Shown: positions 45,701 to 54,300 of the stretch, one piece after another
Numbering within the stretch: the first letter of the stretch is position 1
Layout of the letters: each line of letters opens with the position of its first letter
Assembly: GCA_024685775.1 (NCBI GenBank)
Contig: JAIKVL010000007.1
Coordinates: 15,627-79,626 of the forward strand
From: Clostridia bacterium
GTDB taxonomy: Bacteria; Bacillota; Clostridia; Christensenellales; CAG-1252
Length of the DNA: 64,000 bases
Direction of reading: 5' to 3'
The notes under the pieces: model-generated
What the model was told of the DNA's origin: nothing
Seen by the model: only the letters and a program-made list of their open reading frames with translations
The model's database searches: none
Position numbers and translations under genes: made by a program

Positions 45701-47981
45701 AATCGAGGGTCAGGTCGCTCGTCTTGTCGGTTTGATCCGAGCCGTTCGAGAAGATAACGTTTTCGGCTTTGGTATTGACCGAAATGCTCCACCATCCGTC
45801 GTGTCCGCTGACGGCGGTCATCGTCGTTCCGGGGAAGGCTTCGAGGTAATCTACCGTGTTTGCGCCCGATCCGCTCCAAGCGTAGGCTTTGACGGACGAC
45901 CAGCCGTTCGAGTTATAGTAGTAGATCGTCTCGAAAGTGTCGGGCGCGATGGGCGCGGACATCGAAGAGACGGTGAGAATGCGAGACGCGCCGATATTGC
46001 TCGTCGTAAAGGATTGGGATTCGTGGAGCACCGTGTCGGGATCTGTCGAATCGCAGCGCAGGAGCTTAAAGGACGAGATCGTCTTGTTCGCGTCGATCGC
46101 GTTATTCCAATGGATCGTGTAGGTGTTGCTGCTCGTTTCGGTCTTTGCGAAAGCACCCGCCGCCGTCGTTACGGAAGTTTCGTCGGAGTAAAGGATCTTC
46201 GCGCGGAGGACCGAGCCGCTCTGGGCGTACTCGCTCCAAGTGACGTTGAATGTCAAAGCGTAAGACGGGGTGCGTTCGTTCGCCGCGATCTCCGCAAGAT
46301 CGGTTTCCGCGAAAGTGAATTTATGCGAGAAACGGTAAGGCAGACTCTCGGTCTTGTTGTAAAGATAGGTACCTGCGTTGTTCGTGCGGATAAACACGAT
46401 CGAGGAGACTGCTTTCGAGGAATCCGTCGAATAGGTGTAGTTGTTCGCGGAAGATCTCGTCATCGCGACTCCGGGGTAGGCGGCGTTCGTCGAATTATCC
46501 GAATAGGTGACGAAGATATTCGCGCGGCAGTTATCCGTCTCGAACCAAGACACGGAGGAAGTATTCAGCGTTAGGGCGCCCGTCCAAGCGCTCATCGAAG
46601 AGACGGTAGTTATGCGCGACTCGGGAAGATTGCGCTCGGACGATTCGTTCCAAACGATATCGTTGTTCGTCGGATCACAGCGCAAGAGTTTGATCTTGGA
46701 GACCGTCTTGTTCGGATCGACGATCGCGTCAAAGTTCATCGTGTAGGTCTCGCTGTCCGCCTCGGTCTTAACGAGAGCGGAAGCCGCCGTCGTGAGTTCC
46801 GTTCCGTCCGCATAGAGAACGGTCGCGCGCGGAACTGCGCCGTCCGCCGCGAAGTCCGCCCAGGTTACCTTGAAGGTCAAAGCGTAGTAGGGCGTGCGAT
46901 TGGAAACGGAGATCGTGCTGAACGCGCTTTCCGCGAGGGAGAGTTTGTGGCTGAACACGGCGGGCAAATTGCCGGTCTTGTTATACATATAGGTGCCCGC
47001 GCCGTTCATTCGGATGATGACGATCGAGGAGACCGCCTTCGCGGGATTCATCGAATAGGTGTAAGTATTCGCCTTGGTGCGCGTCATCGCCTCGCCGGGG
47101 TAGGCGGCGTTCGTCGTGCTGTCCGAATAGGTGACGAAGATGTTCGCGCGGCAGTTATCCGTCTCGAACCAAGAGACCGCGGAAGTGTCGAGCGTCAAGG
47201 CTCCCGACCAATCGTTCATCGTAGAGATCGTGGTATAGCGCGAGTTGGCGAGAGAGGTGCGATCCGGAGATTCGTTCCAGATGATATCGGGATTCGCGGG
47301 GTCGCAGCGGAGCAGGCGGAAGGACTTCATCGTCTTATTCGGATCGATGATGGCGTTCCAATTCATCGTGTAGGTGTTCGAATCGGTTTCCGTCTTGACG
47401 AGCTCCGAAGTCGAGGTCGTGTACTCCGAATTGTCGGTGTAAAGGATATTGACGCGAGGGACCGCGTTTCCTTCGCTGAAATTCGCCCAAGTAATTTTAA
47501 ACGTGTACGCGTAGTAGGGCGTGCGGCTGTTTACTCCGATGTTCGTGAGGTTGCCCGCCGCGAGCGCGATCGTGTGATCCGCGGGGATGTTCGCCGCGGC
47601 GATCGTCGCTTTGTTATACATATAGGTGCCCGCGTTATTCATTCGGACGATCTGCACGGAAGAAATCGTCTTATCGGGATCCGTCTGCGTGGTGTATGTG
47701 TTCGCGGCGGAGCGCGTCATCGCGACTCCGGGGTAGGGCGCGTTCGTCGATTCGTCCGAATAGGTGACGGTGATAAAGGCGCGGCAATCGCTATCTTCGA
47801 ACCAAGTAACGGCGGAAGTGTCGAGAGCGAGTGTTCCGTCCCACTTTTCAACGGCGGAGATCGAAACGGAAATCGGCGACGGCGCGGTCGAGAAGACGGC
47901 GTACGCTGCGCCGATCAGCGCGCAGCAAATTAAAAGCGCGGCAAGAAATAATACGGATTTGGTTAAAGTTCTGTTTCCCAT
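39708..47981 (-). CDS. 2757-aa secreted repeat protein: 8 novel A-B module pairs, 5 CBM26-like starch-binding modules, Cys-rich ATC repeats, C-terminal transglutaminase-like domain
   Basis: SD AAAGGAG, signal peptide ending AAYA; C modules YYN.NGW..V.AYAW...PG..M...W....IFSNG...T.DL; TGase ICDGIA, HAWNRV, VLDTT. Confidence 0.88.
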   Translation of the reverse strand: MGNRTLTKSVLFLAALLICCALIGAAYAVFSTAPSPISVSISAVEKWDGTLALDTSAVTWFEDSDCRAFITVTYSDESTNAPYPGVAMTRSAANTYTTQTDPDKTISSVQIVRMNNAGTYMYNKATIAAANIPADHTIALAAGNLTNIGVNSRTPYYAYTFKITWANFSEGNAVPRVNILYTDNSEYTTSTSELVKTETDSNTYTMNWNAIIDPNKTMKSFRLLRCDPANPDIIWNESPDRTSLANSRYTTISTMNDWSGALTLDTSAVSWFETDNCRANIFVTYSDSTTNAAYPGEAMTRTKANTYTYSMNPAKAVSSIVIIRMNGAGTYMYNKTGNLPAVFSHKLSLAESAFSTISVSNRTPYYALTFKVTWADFAADGAVPRATVLYADGTELTTAASALVKTEADSETYTMNFDAIVDPNKTVSKIKLLRCDPTNNDIVWNESSERNLPESRITTVSSMSAWTGALTLNTSSVSWFETDNCRANIFVTYSDNSTNAAYPGVAMTRSSANNYTYSTDSSKAVSSIVFIRTNNAGTYLYNKTESLPYRFSHKFTFAETDLAEIAANERTPSYALTFNVTWSEYAQSGSVLRAKILYSDETSVTTAAGAFAKTETSSNTYTIHWNNAIDANKTISSFKLLRCDSTDPDTVLHESQSFTTSNIGASRILTVSSMSAPIAPDTFETIYYYNSNGWSSVKAYAWSGSGANTVDYLEAFPGTTMTAVSGHDGWWSISVNTKAENVIFSNGSDQTDKTSDLTLDFTTPYHKNGVWTADLPWDGVFTVDLTKITWFEDDDCRAFITVTYSDDSTNALYPGVAMTRTAAGVYTVQTDTAKTISKVVVVQMNNAGTYMYHKTGNITSIPETHTLSLTSSKFNDMAASNRTPYYALTFNVTWSEYSESGSVLRVRIFYSDETSVTTAANALVKTEADSNTYTIHWNNAIDANKTISSFKLLRCDATDPDTVLQESSSFTTANITSSRRITVDSMAEPVIPDTFETIYYYNSNGWSTVKAYAWSGSDASTVDYLEAFPGTAMTAVSGHSGWFSASVNTKAESIIFSNGSDQTDKTSDLTLDFATPYYKYGVWTADFPWDGTLTVNTSQITWFEDDDCRAFITVTYSDESTNAPYPGAAMTRVSAGVYTYLTDETKTISSVQIVRMNNAGTYMYNQTAIAAANIPADHTITLASNALSNISTSNRTPYYALTFKVTWDQTFSADGAVPRVNIQYTDGTELTTPASALSKTETSSETYTMNFDAIVDPNKTVSKVKLLRCDPTNNDIVWNESSERNLPESRITTVSSMSAWTGALTLNTSSVSWFETDNCRAHIFVTYSDNTTNAAYPGEAMTRSSANTYSYSTDPAKAVSSIAFIRTNNAGTYLYNKTSNLPYRFSHKYVLAETDLTEIPTNERTPSCALTFNVTWSEYVQSGSVLRVQILYGDSSSVTTAAGSLVKTEADANVYTIHWNNAIDANKTISSFKLLRCSSSAPDTVLHESDSFTPSDIGASRVIAVSSMTSTVVPDTFETIYYYNENNWPSVKAYAWSGSGANTVNYLEAFPGTAMTAVSGHEKWFSVSVNTKAVNVIFSNGSNQNNKTNDLTLDFSTPYYKNGAWTEDYPWEGLLTVNTSAVTWFEDNDCRAHIVITYSDESTNAPYPGAAMTRAAANVYTVQTDLTKTISSVQIVRMNNAGTYMYNQTAAIAAANIPANHTIALASSALSDIASTKRTPYYALTFKITWANFADNGAVPRVNILYTDGTEVTTPASALVKTETDSETYTIDWNATLDPNKTVSKFKLLRCDPANNDIVWNESTDRDSIGTTRTISIPSMDAWTGALTLDTSAVTWFEADNCRANIFVTYSDNSTNAPYPGAAMTRTKANTYTYSTDAQKAVSSVVIVRMNAAGTYMFNKTSSLPLGFTHKLTLSESDLTEISANERTPYYALTFKILWGGYTESGSVLRLAIDYTDSSSVTTDAGAFVKTETDGRTYTINWDSVRNLSKTVSSFKLLRCDETNVSTVLQESAAFTPSSIGSSRILSVASMSAPAGVDTFETIYYYNSNGWNSVKAYAWSGTSGNETKYLGDWAGTAMTAVGEHENWFSVSVNTKAEKIIFSNGSNQSQQTDDLTISFSSPYYKDGVWTADYPAESTTNTVYYHNENGWGSVYAYAWGDGNTPYLGGWPGTAMTADSTHTGWYFIDVDKRATQIIFSNNGSNQTGDLAISSCPTSPHQLVSHSAQPATCTSPGYAAYQTCSLCDYSTYAATPALGHDYVLTSTTPATCIEYAQDNYACSRCSDAFSSSAGGALGSHVYEAYTCKACQRDELLDYTTEFSSRGNNSSTLIEIGSIKELAMFLDYMVFNMITTNKYFSYPGATTSNYSSILESAMALMTAQTWVPNFYTMTSGSTIRYFRVNCADNADFSFSKVNTITPDDYDSRIYPQQDFLRIAPVGAARSGSFNDFPYLSRSNTVSVTTSDQLFYAFSHGYKPIPVSGSAAEAMLNIAKEINRSIITDQMTDVQKLYAILQWMVEEVGYDYGASDASDQASFEWAHCTAWSVEGVFIYKKAICDGIAKAVSILAGLEDIKCIRVIGDEHAWNRVWIDDGSGVKKWFVLDTTHANLESVIPTDSSNCEILNLESFLISDATKTDPLGYTADNYAESSCAAITQSNPFSFVHYGTAPASSSNDLVISSDAEFGDLIAVVLPQIQSASTVTFTFDFFIESSYCASLDTASSKVSSSLNSAGYSGRVYFIRETLTYGSATGHRFIILIVK
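41340..47843 (-). repeat. coding tandem array (AB)3-C-(AB)-C-(AB)2-C-(AB)2-C-C
   Basis: Module boundaries read from the translation; includes a 152-bp repeat with one mismatch at 44020-44171 and 46522-46673. Confidence 0.9.
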
Positions 47982-48291
47982 GGGGCTCCTTTCTTCGGGG
48001 TTGATTCGACTCTCTTACGGTTGATTTTCGATCGGATCTTGTGTGACCGATACGCATGCGGCGAAGCAAGGAGAAGGAAAACCCTTCGGTCTGCGAAAAA
48101 TCGCCGCCGTCCGCGGAAAAACGCGGAGCTTATATTATTTTACAACTTATACTGTATAAATTGCAATAGTAAGGCGAAAATGCATATATTTTATTCATTT
48201 TGTATAAAACGGCTGAATAATCGTTCCGCTTTGCGCGGCTCGTCGCAAAACGGGATGAGTGGCGAAAGGCTTTTCGGGAGCGGGGAAGAAT

Positions 48292-48323
48292 AAAAAAACG
48301 CGGGACTTTTCATCCCGCGCTTT
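48292..48323 (-). terminator. terminator of diguanylate cyclase gene
   Basis: Minus strand CGCGGGA-tgaaaag-TCCCGCG plus T7. Confidence 0.8.
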
Positions 48324-48329
48324 ATGCGA

Positions 48330-49712
48330 TCAATTCTTTTTCGAATCCTTGTCTTTTTCGTGCGTCTGCCGTTTTTGCTCGTACATCCGCTTATCGGCGA
48401 CGCGCATCAGCTTCTTGAAGCTGTTTTCGTCCGATTCGGTCGCGTAAGCGTAGCCGACGGAAACGCTGATATGCTCGCGCTCGATCGCGAAATTGAAATG
48501 GTCCACGCGCGTCTTGATCTCTTCTTCGGAGCAATCGCGAAGGATCGCCGCGAATTCGTCGCCGCCGATGCGGTAGCAGTTGCCCGCGTTTCCTTTGCTG
48601 AAACACTCGCAAATGCAGGAGCCGGTGGTTTGGATGAGCTTATCGCCCGCGAGGTGACCTTGCGTGTCGTTTACGCGTTTCAAATAGTTTACGTCGAAAA
48701 GGATGACCGCCATCGGTCCGCCGCTTTCGTTTCTTTCGAGAAGGTTACATTCCAAGCTGTAACGGTTGGGCATCCCGGTCAACGCGTCGGTTTCGGCGGC
48801 GGAGCGCAGGATGGTTTCGAGTTTATTTCTGCGGAACAAAAGTTCGTTATACGCGCCCGCCATTAAGCGAAGCTCGCGGATCCCGCCTTGTTTTTTGAGG
48901 TTTTGGTCGGAAGCGATCAAGTTGCTGTATCTGCGGAGCGGCATAATGAGCCAATGGAAGAAGAAGATGAACGTAACGACCGAGATCGCGATGATCGCGA
49001 TGATGACCGACCAAAGGGCGACGCGCAGTTTTTGGATGCGCTCTTCGCTCTCGACGGCGGATTTTGTGAATTCGTCCTGAATGGTCTTATTGCAATTCGT
49101 TGCGTTTTGGTTCAATAAAACCTTGGCGGAGCTGTAATTCGTATCGAGAATCAGCTGTTTCGCCGTCTCGATGCGTTGCGCGGGCGTCATCGCCTCTTCC
49201 TCTTCGGTCAGGGGGACGGAGGGGATCGCGGTCAGCGCGGGGATCGGGGGGAGCGCGTAGACGGAGCGCATCAAAGATAAAGCGTGGATTTGAAGGTCGA
49301 TCAGCTCCTGCGCTTTTGCCGCCGCGTCGTTTAGAAAAGTCTGAACGGCGGAACTGACGTTATGCTGTTTGAATTGTTCGACGAAATAGGGGCCTCTGTG
49401 TTCCTCAATGGTAAGTTCGCCGCTGTATGCGATCAAATATCCGAAATTCAAGGTTCCGTCTTCGCTAACCGGCATCGAGATAAAAGCGGTCATCGTTTCG
49501 GAGAGTTTGCTCGCGCCCGCCTGCAATTCCGTGACTTGGTTTTGGTACGCGATCGATTGATTCATCGAATCGGTCAGTCGGTTCGTGGCGTGGTTAACGT
49601 CGTAAACGAGGGCGACGATCGTGCCGTACAAAATCGTGAGGATGACGATAAGAGGAACGACGAACGAGTTCGCTGCGAAACCATCGGGTTTGGTTGTTCT
49701 CTTGTCTTTCAT
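48330..49712 (-). CDS. membrane-bound diguanylate cyclase (GGDEF)
   Basis: Two TM segments flanking an extracellular domain; ETDALTGMPNR, FDVNYLKRVNDTQGHLAGD, YRIGGDEF. Confidence 0.93.
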   Translation of the reverse strand: MKDKRTTKPDGFAANSFVVPLIVILTILYGTIVALVYDVNHATNRLTDSMNQSIAYQNQVTELQAGASKLSETMTAFISMPVSEDGTLNFGYLIAYSGELTIEEHRGPYFVEQFKQHNVSSAVQTFLNDAAAKAQELIDLQIHALSLMRSVYALPPIPALTAIPSVPLTEEEEAMTPAQRIETAKQLILDTNYSSAKVLLNQNATNCNKTIQDEFTKSAVESEERIQKLRVALWSVIIAIIAISVVTFIFFFHWLIMPLRRYSNLIASDQNLKKQGGIRELRLMAGAYNELLFRRNKLETILRSAAETDALTGMPNRYSLECNLLERNESGGPMAVILFDVNYLKRVNDTQGHLAGDKLIQTTGSCICECFSKGNAGNCYRIGGDEFAAILRDCSEEEIKTRVDHFNFAIEREHISVSVGYAYATESDENSFKKLMRVADKRMYEQKRQTHEKDKDSKKN

Positions 49713-49751
49713 AATACTTCCTTTGAAACAAATTTGCAGCTATAAATATAT

Positions 49752-49780
49752 TTTATACCACACTCGGGCGCATATGTCAA
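49752..49780 (-). promoter_or_regulatory. sigma-A promoter of diguanylate cyclase
   Basis: TTGACA-17-TATAAA with extended TG, minus strand. Confidence 0.8.
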
Positions 49781-50117
49781 GTTTTTCGTTTTTTTTCGAC
49801 GCGGATCGGCGCCGGTTCGTGTAACGGAATCGTTACGTTTTGATTGAGAAATTCGATTTTCTCTTATTTTTCCGAAAATCCTTCCTTGGTGTGGATCCGC
49901 TTCGCGCTCGGAAGAGAATCGTTACTCGGCGAGCGGGAATATCTCCGAAAATTTTTTTTTCGGATCGTCGTTTTTTTATAAAAACGGGATAGTGCGCGGG
50001 CGTGCGGGTGAAAATATATTCAAAGAAATGAACTGCTCGGTTGACGGGTCGAGCGCAAATGTTGTAATATAAATGCGTACGTCAGAAAAATATAAAAAAA
50101 GAAAAGTGGAGTTGCTT

Positions 50118-51320
50118 GTGAGAATAGCTGTGGTTGGAATGGGATACGTCGGGATGTCGAATGCGGTTTTGCTCTCGCAGAAAAACGACGTGATTTGCGT
50201 CGACGTCTCGAAGGAAAGGATCGATATGATCAACGGCAAAAAGTCGCCGATCGTCGATCGCGAGATCTCGGATTATTTGGAGAATGAGAAGCTGTCCTTG
50301 AAGGGGACGATGGATAAAAACGAAGCGTATAAAGACGCGGAGTTTATCATTATCTCGACGCCGACGGATTATGACACGGAAAAAAAATATTTTAACACCT
50401 CTTCGGTCGAGTCCGTTATTCAGGACATTTTGAACGTGAATCAAAAAGCGACCATCGTCGTCAAGTCGACGATCCCCGTCGGACACACGGAGTATTTGAG
50501 AGAAAAATTCAATACGTCGAACATTTTGTTTTCCCCCGAGTTTTTGAGGGAAGGAAAAGCTTTGTACGATAACTTATATCCTTCGAGGATCATCGTCGGT
50601 TGCGATATGAAAGATCCGGCGGCAAGGGAGAAAGCGAAGACGTTTGCGAATTTGCTTTTGAGCTGCACGATCAAAAAAGACGCGCCCGTTTTGATCACGA
50701 ACACGACGGAAGCGGAAGCGGTCAAGCTTTTCGCAAACACCTATTTGGCGCTTCGGGTCGCCTTTTTCAACGAACTCGACACGTTCGCGGAAGAGAAAGG
50801 ACTCAGCGCGAAGGACATCGTTTCCGGCGTTTGCTTGGATCCGAGGATCGGCATGCAGTACAACAATCCTTCTTTCGGTTACGGCGGGTATTGCCTCCCG
50901 AAGGACACGAAACAGCTTCTCGCAAACTATGACGGGATCCCGCAGAGTTTGATCCAAGCGGTCGTGCAAGCCAATCGGACGAGGAAAGATTATATCGCCG
51001 ACAGGGTGATCTCTCTCGCAATCGCGACGGGAAAAAAAGACCCGATCATCGGCATTTACCGCCTGACAATGAAAATGGATTCCGACAATTACAGAAAAAG
51101 TTCGATTCAAGGCATCATCCGCAGGATCAAGGAGCACGGGTTCACCGTCGTGATCTACGAGCCGACGTATAAGGGCGATGAGTTTTTCGGAGATAAGATC
51201 GTCTCCGATTTGGAAGAGTTTAAGAAGTCTGCGGATATTATCGTCGCGAACCGATTCGGAGACGAGCTTGCGGACGTCGAACAAAAAGTCTTTACGAGAG
51301 ATCTTTTTTTGAAGAACTGA
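50118..51320 (+). CDS. ugd: UDP-glucose 6-dehydrogenase
   Basis: GTG start after GGAG; VVGMGYVG, VKSTIP, FSPEFLREG, EAEAVKLFAN, GYGGYCLPKD. Confidence 0.95.
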   Translation: MRIAVVGMGYVGMSNAVLLSQKNDVICVDVSKERIDMINGKKSPIVDREISDYLENEKLSLKGTMDKNEAYKDAEFIIISTPTDYDTEKKYFNTSSVESVIQDILNVNQKATIVVKSTIPVGHTEYLREKFNTSNILFSPEFLREGKALYDNLYPSRIIVGCDMKDPAAREKAKTFANLLLSCTIKKDAPVLITNTTEAEAVKLFANTYLALRVAFFNELDTFAEEKGLSAKDIVSGVCLDPRIGMQYNNPSFGYGGYCLPKDTKQLLANYDGIPQSLIQAVVQANRTRKDYIADRVISLAIATGKKDPIIGIYRLTMKMDSDNYRKSSIQGIIRRIKEHGFTVVIYEPTYKGDEFFGDKIVSDLEEFKKSADIIVANRFGDELADVEQKVFTRDLFLKN

Positions 51321-51338
51321 TTCAAAGGAAGTGGTTTT

Positions 51339-54300
51339 ATGAAGATCGATTTTGAAAATGAACCTTTGGTTTCGGTTCTCGTATTCGGGAAAAAATCACA
51401 GAAACTGAACGACAACGAGAGGTCTGTTTTAAATAACCAGACGTATAAAAACCTGCAAACCGTTATCGTTCCCGACGAAGGCAAAACGATAGAAGGAATT
51501 ATTGAAGCGCTTTCCCTTGTGAAAGGTGAATACGTTTGTTTTTGGGATATCAATAATTTGCTTTCCAAAGATTTCATTCGCGCGTTGGTCGTCGCTGCGA
51601 ACGATTCCGGCGCGGACTTCGTTCTTTCCGACGTCAGTAGAGTAGAAGACGAAAAATATATGGAGTATAACCTCGATCCGTTGCGCCGAGCGGATCTCTC
51701 TAAAAAAGGGAATGAAATCATCAATTTTTTTGTGGAGTACTGGTTTCGCTTTTGGGGCGTGTACGACGTTTGGAATAAACTGATTCGGTCCTCGCTTATC
51801 GCTCCGATTTCGGATTGTCTGAATACGTATTCGACTTATAAGAATAACGACGAGGGTTTTCAGACGATTTCCAGATACGTTTTGTCCTTTTCCATTTGGA
51901 ATTCGGCAACCTATCTTATAAACGAGCATAACGTCTACGCCTATTGCCGTAGGGCGCCTCGGATGACTTCCGCGCCGCTTAAAACGATCAGGCAATTCAA
52001 AAAGTTGTATGAGATTCTTTTCTGCGCGCTGAGAATGAACGACGTGGATGATCGGGGGTTAAGGATATACTTGGGGCGTTTCGTCGCTTCGGAATTTTCT
52101 CTTGATTTGAGGAATAATGCGATCTATAACGAGTTGAAGTATTTTTCTGCGGAGCCGACCTGTCTTCAAAAATCCGATCAATATTTTTACAGCGCGGAAA
52201 CCAAGATTCCGAATATTTTTCACGTTGAGGAACGTTTGAAATTGGCGATCGCCGACCCGAAGACCAAAGTCGTCAGTTTCGATATGTTCGACACGTTGGT
52301 TTATCGTCCGCTGTTTTATACGATCGACGTTTTCAGTTTGTTGAATAAAGATTTTAACGATAGGATCAAATCCACTTCCGTCGTTGACTTCGCCTATTTG
52401 AGACAGACTGCGGAGAAAGTCGCGCGAGAGAATGCGAGAAAGAAAAAAATCGAAGAAATAACGATCTACGATATTTATAGGACGCTCCACAGACTTTACG
52501 GGATCGAAGAAGAGGTTTGTACTTATATGCTGAATCGCGAGTTGGAAACGGAACTTTCCGTTTGCAAGGCGAAGCCGAGCATGAAGAAAATCTTCGATTT
52601 GGCGAATTATTATAAGAAAACGATCCTTATTTCCACGGATATGTATCTTCCCGCAGAAACGATCCATAAGATCCTTGCGGCGAACGGGTACGAGAATTAC
52701 AGACTGTATCTTTCCTCCGAGCTGAAAAAGACCAAAGGCAGCGGCGCGATGTTCAAGAAAATCATTGAAGATTTCAAAGCGGAAAATTGCTTGCCTTCGG
52801 AGATTATCCATATCGGGGATAATTATTCTTCCGACTTTAAAAACGCGCAGGAAAAAGGACTGGTCGCATTTCATATCAATAGTTCCGTGAACGTCTTTAA
52901 GGGGGGAAATCTTACTTGTTACGGCGGCGAGAGCTATAAGAATTTGTACACAAAGAATACGTTCTTTGCGAAAAATCAATGGCAGATCGACCATTACTTG
53001 GGTTTGAGAATGTTCTGCGGGTTGGTCGCCAATAAATGCTTCGATTATCCCGCAATCTCTATGAACGGCGATTCCGATTTTGATGCGAATCCTAATTACG
53101 TCGGATACTATTGTCTCGGCGGTCTGCTCTTGGGCTTAACGAGATGGCTTTTGGATGAGACGAAGAACAAGGGCGTTTCGACGATCCATTTCGTCGCCCG
53201 AGACGGATGGCTTCTCAAACGCTTCTACGATATATATACCGCAAATATGCCCGACGCGCCGAAATCGAATTATCTTTATATTTCGAGAAAGTCGCTTTTT
53301 ACGTTGGACATAAACGGAGTAGACGACTTGTTAGCGGTGTTGAATAATAAGTTGTCCGCAAACGCAAGTTCGCCGAGAAAGATTCTCGACCTTTTGAAAC
53401 CGATCATTAAGAAAGATCAGTTCAAGCGCTTGCAACTCGAAGTAATGCGCGATTACGATTACGAAGCGCCTTTCGAGAAGAATATCAATTACACGTATTT
53501 CATCACGGCTTTTATTCGCAAGAACAAAAACTGCTTTGATTTCGTAACGGATAAGGAACGCGCGCGTGCATATTTCGGTGAGATCATTAAAGAGGGAGAC
53601 GTCCTCTTTGACGCAGGTTACACCGGGCGAAGCGAATCGACGATTTCTTCTCTTCTCGGGTTTCCCGTCAATGCGTTTTATCTTCATTCGAACGGAGACG
53701 TCTTGGATCAGAGAGAACAGCGCTTCGGTTTCGAGACGAAATGTTTCTATCCTTGGCGCCCGAATAATACGGGAATTATTCGCGAACACGTCTTGATGGA
53801 ATATGCTCCTTCGGTAATAGGCTACGATTTTGACGCCGAAGGAAATAAAGTCGTTTTCGGTGAATTCCAAGAGGACGTTTGCGTGAAATGGTTTACCGAG
53901 AGATTGCAGTCCGCCGCGTTGGATTTTTGCCGGGACTTTTTGGATGCTTTCGGAAACTATTTGGATCGTTTTTACGTCAGCAATTATACGCTGTCGATGC
54001 CGATGGAATACTTCCTCCATATGGCGAAGCCGTTTGATCGGAAAATCTTCGAAGCGCTGTCTTTCGAGGATGATATCGGCGTGGGCGGGACGACCAATGC
54101 GACGGATTTTTGGCAAAGCAAAATATCCGAGTTGAACGCCAATCTTATGTCTGCAAAGAAGGGCGCGGCTCCCTCGTCTTCGGATAAACAGAAGGGGACG
54201 TTTGAACTCGTCGACAATAACGTTTTGAAACGGATTACGGACGGGTTGAAACTTCCGCCGCAACCGCTTGTTAAAGTAAAGGAAAAGAGAAAGAATAAGA

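Noticed and set aside
41340-47843. Near-identical repeats as DGR template/variable pair or shufflon
   Set aside because: No reverse transcriptase or recombinase nearby; mismatches are not adenine-specific; repeats are direct and in frame.
47982-48130. c-di-GMP riboswitch in the leader of the giant protein
   Set aside because: No GGNAAAC...GAAA...CGCAAAG pattern recognised on either strand; only short GC hairpins. A cmscan would be decisive.
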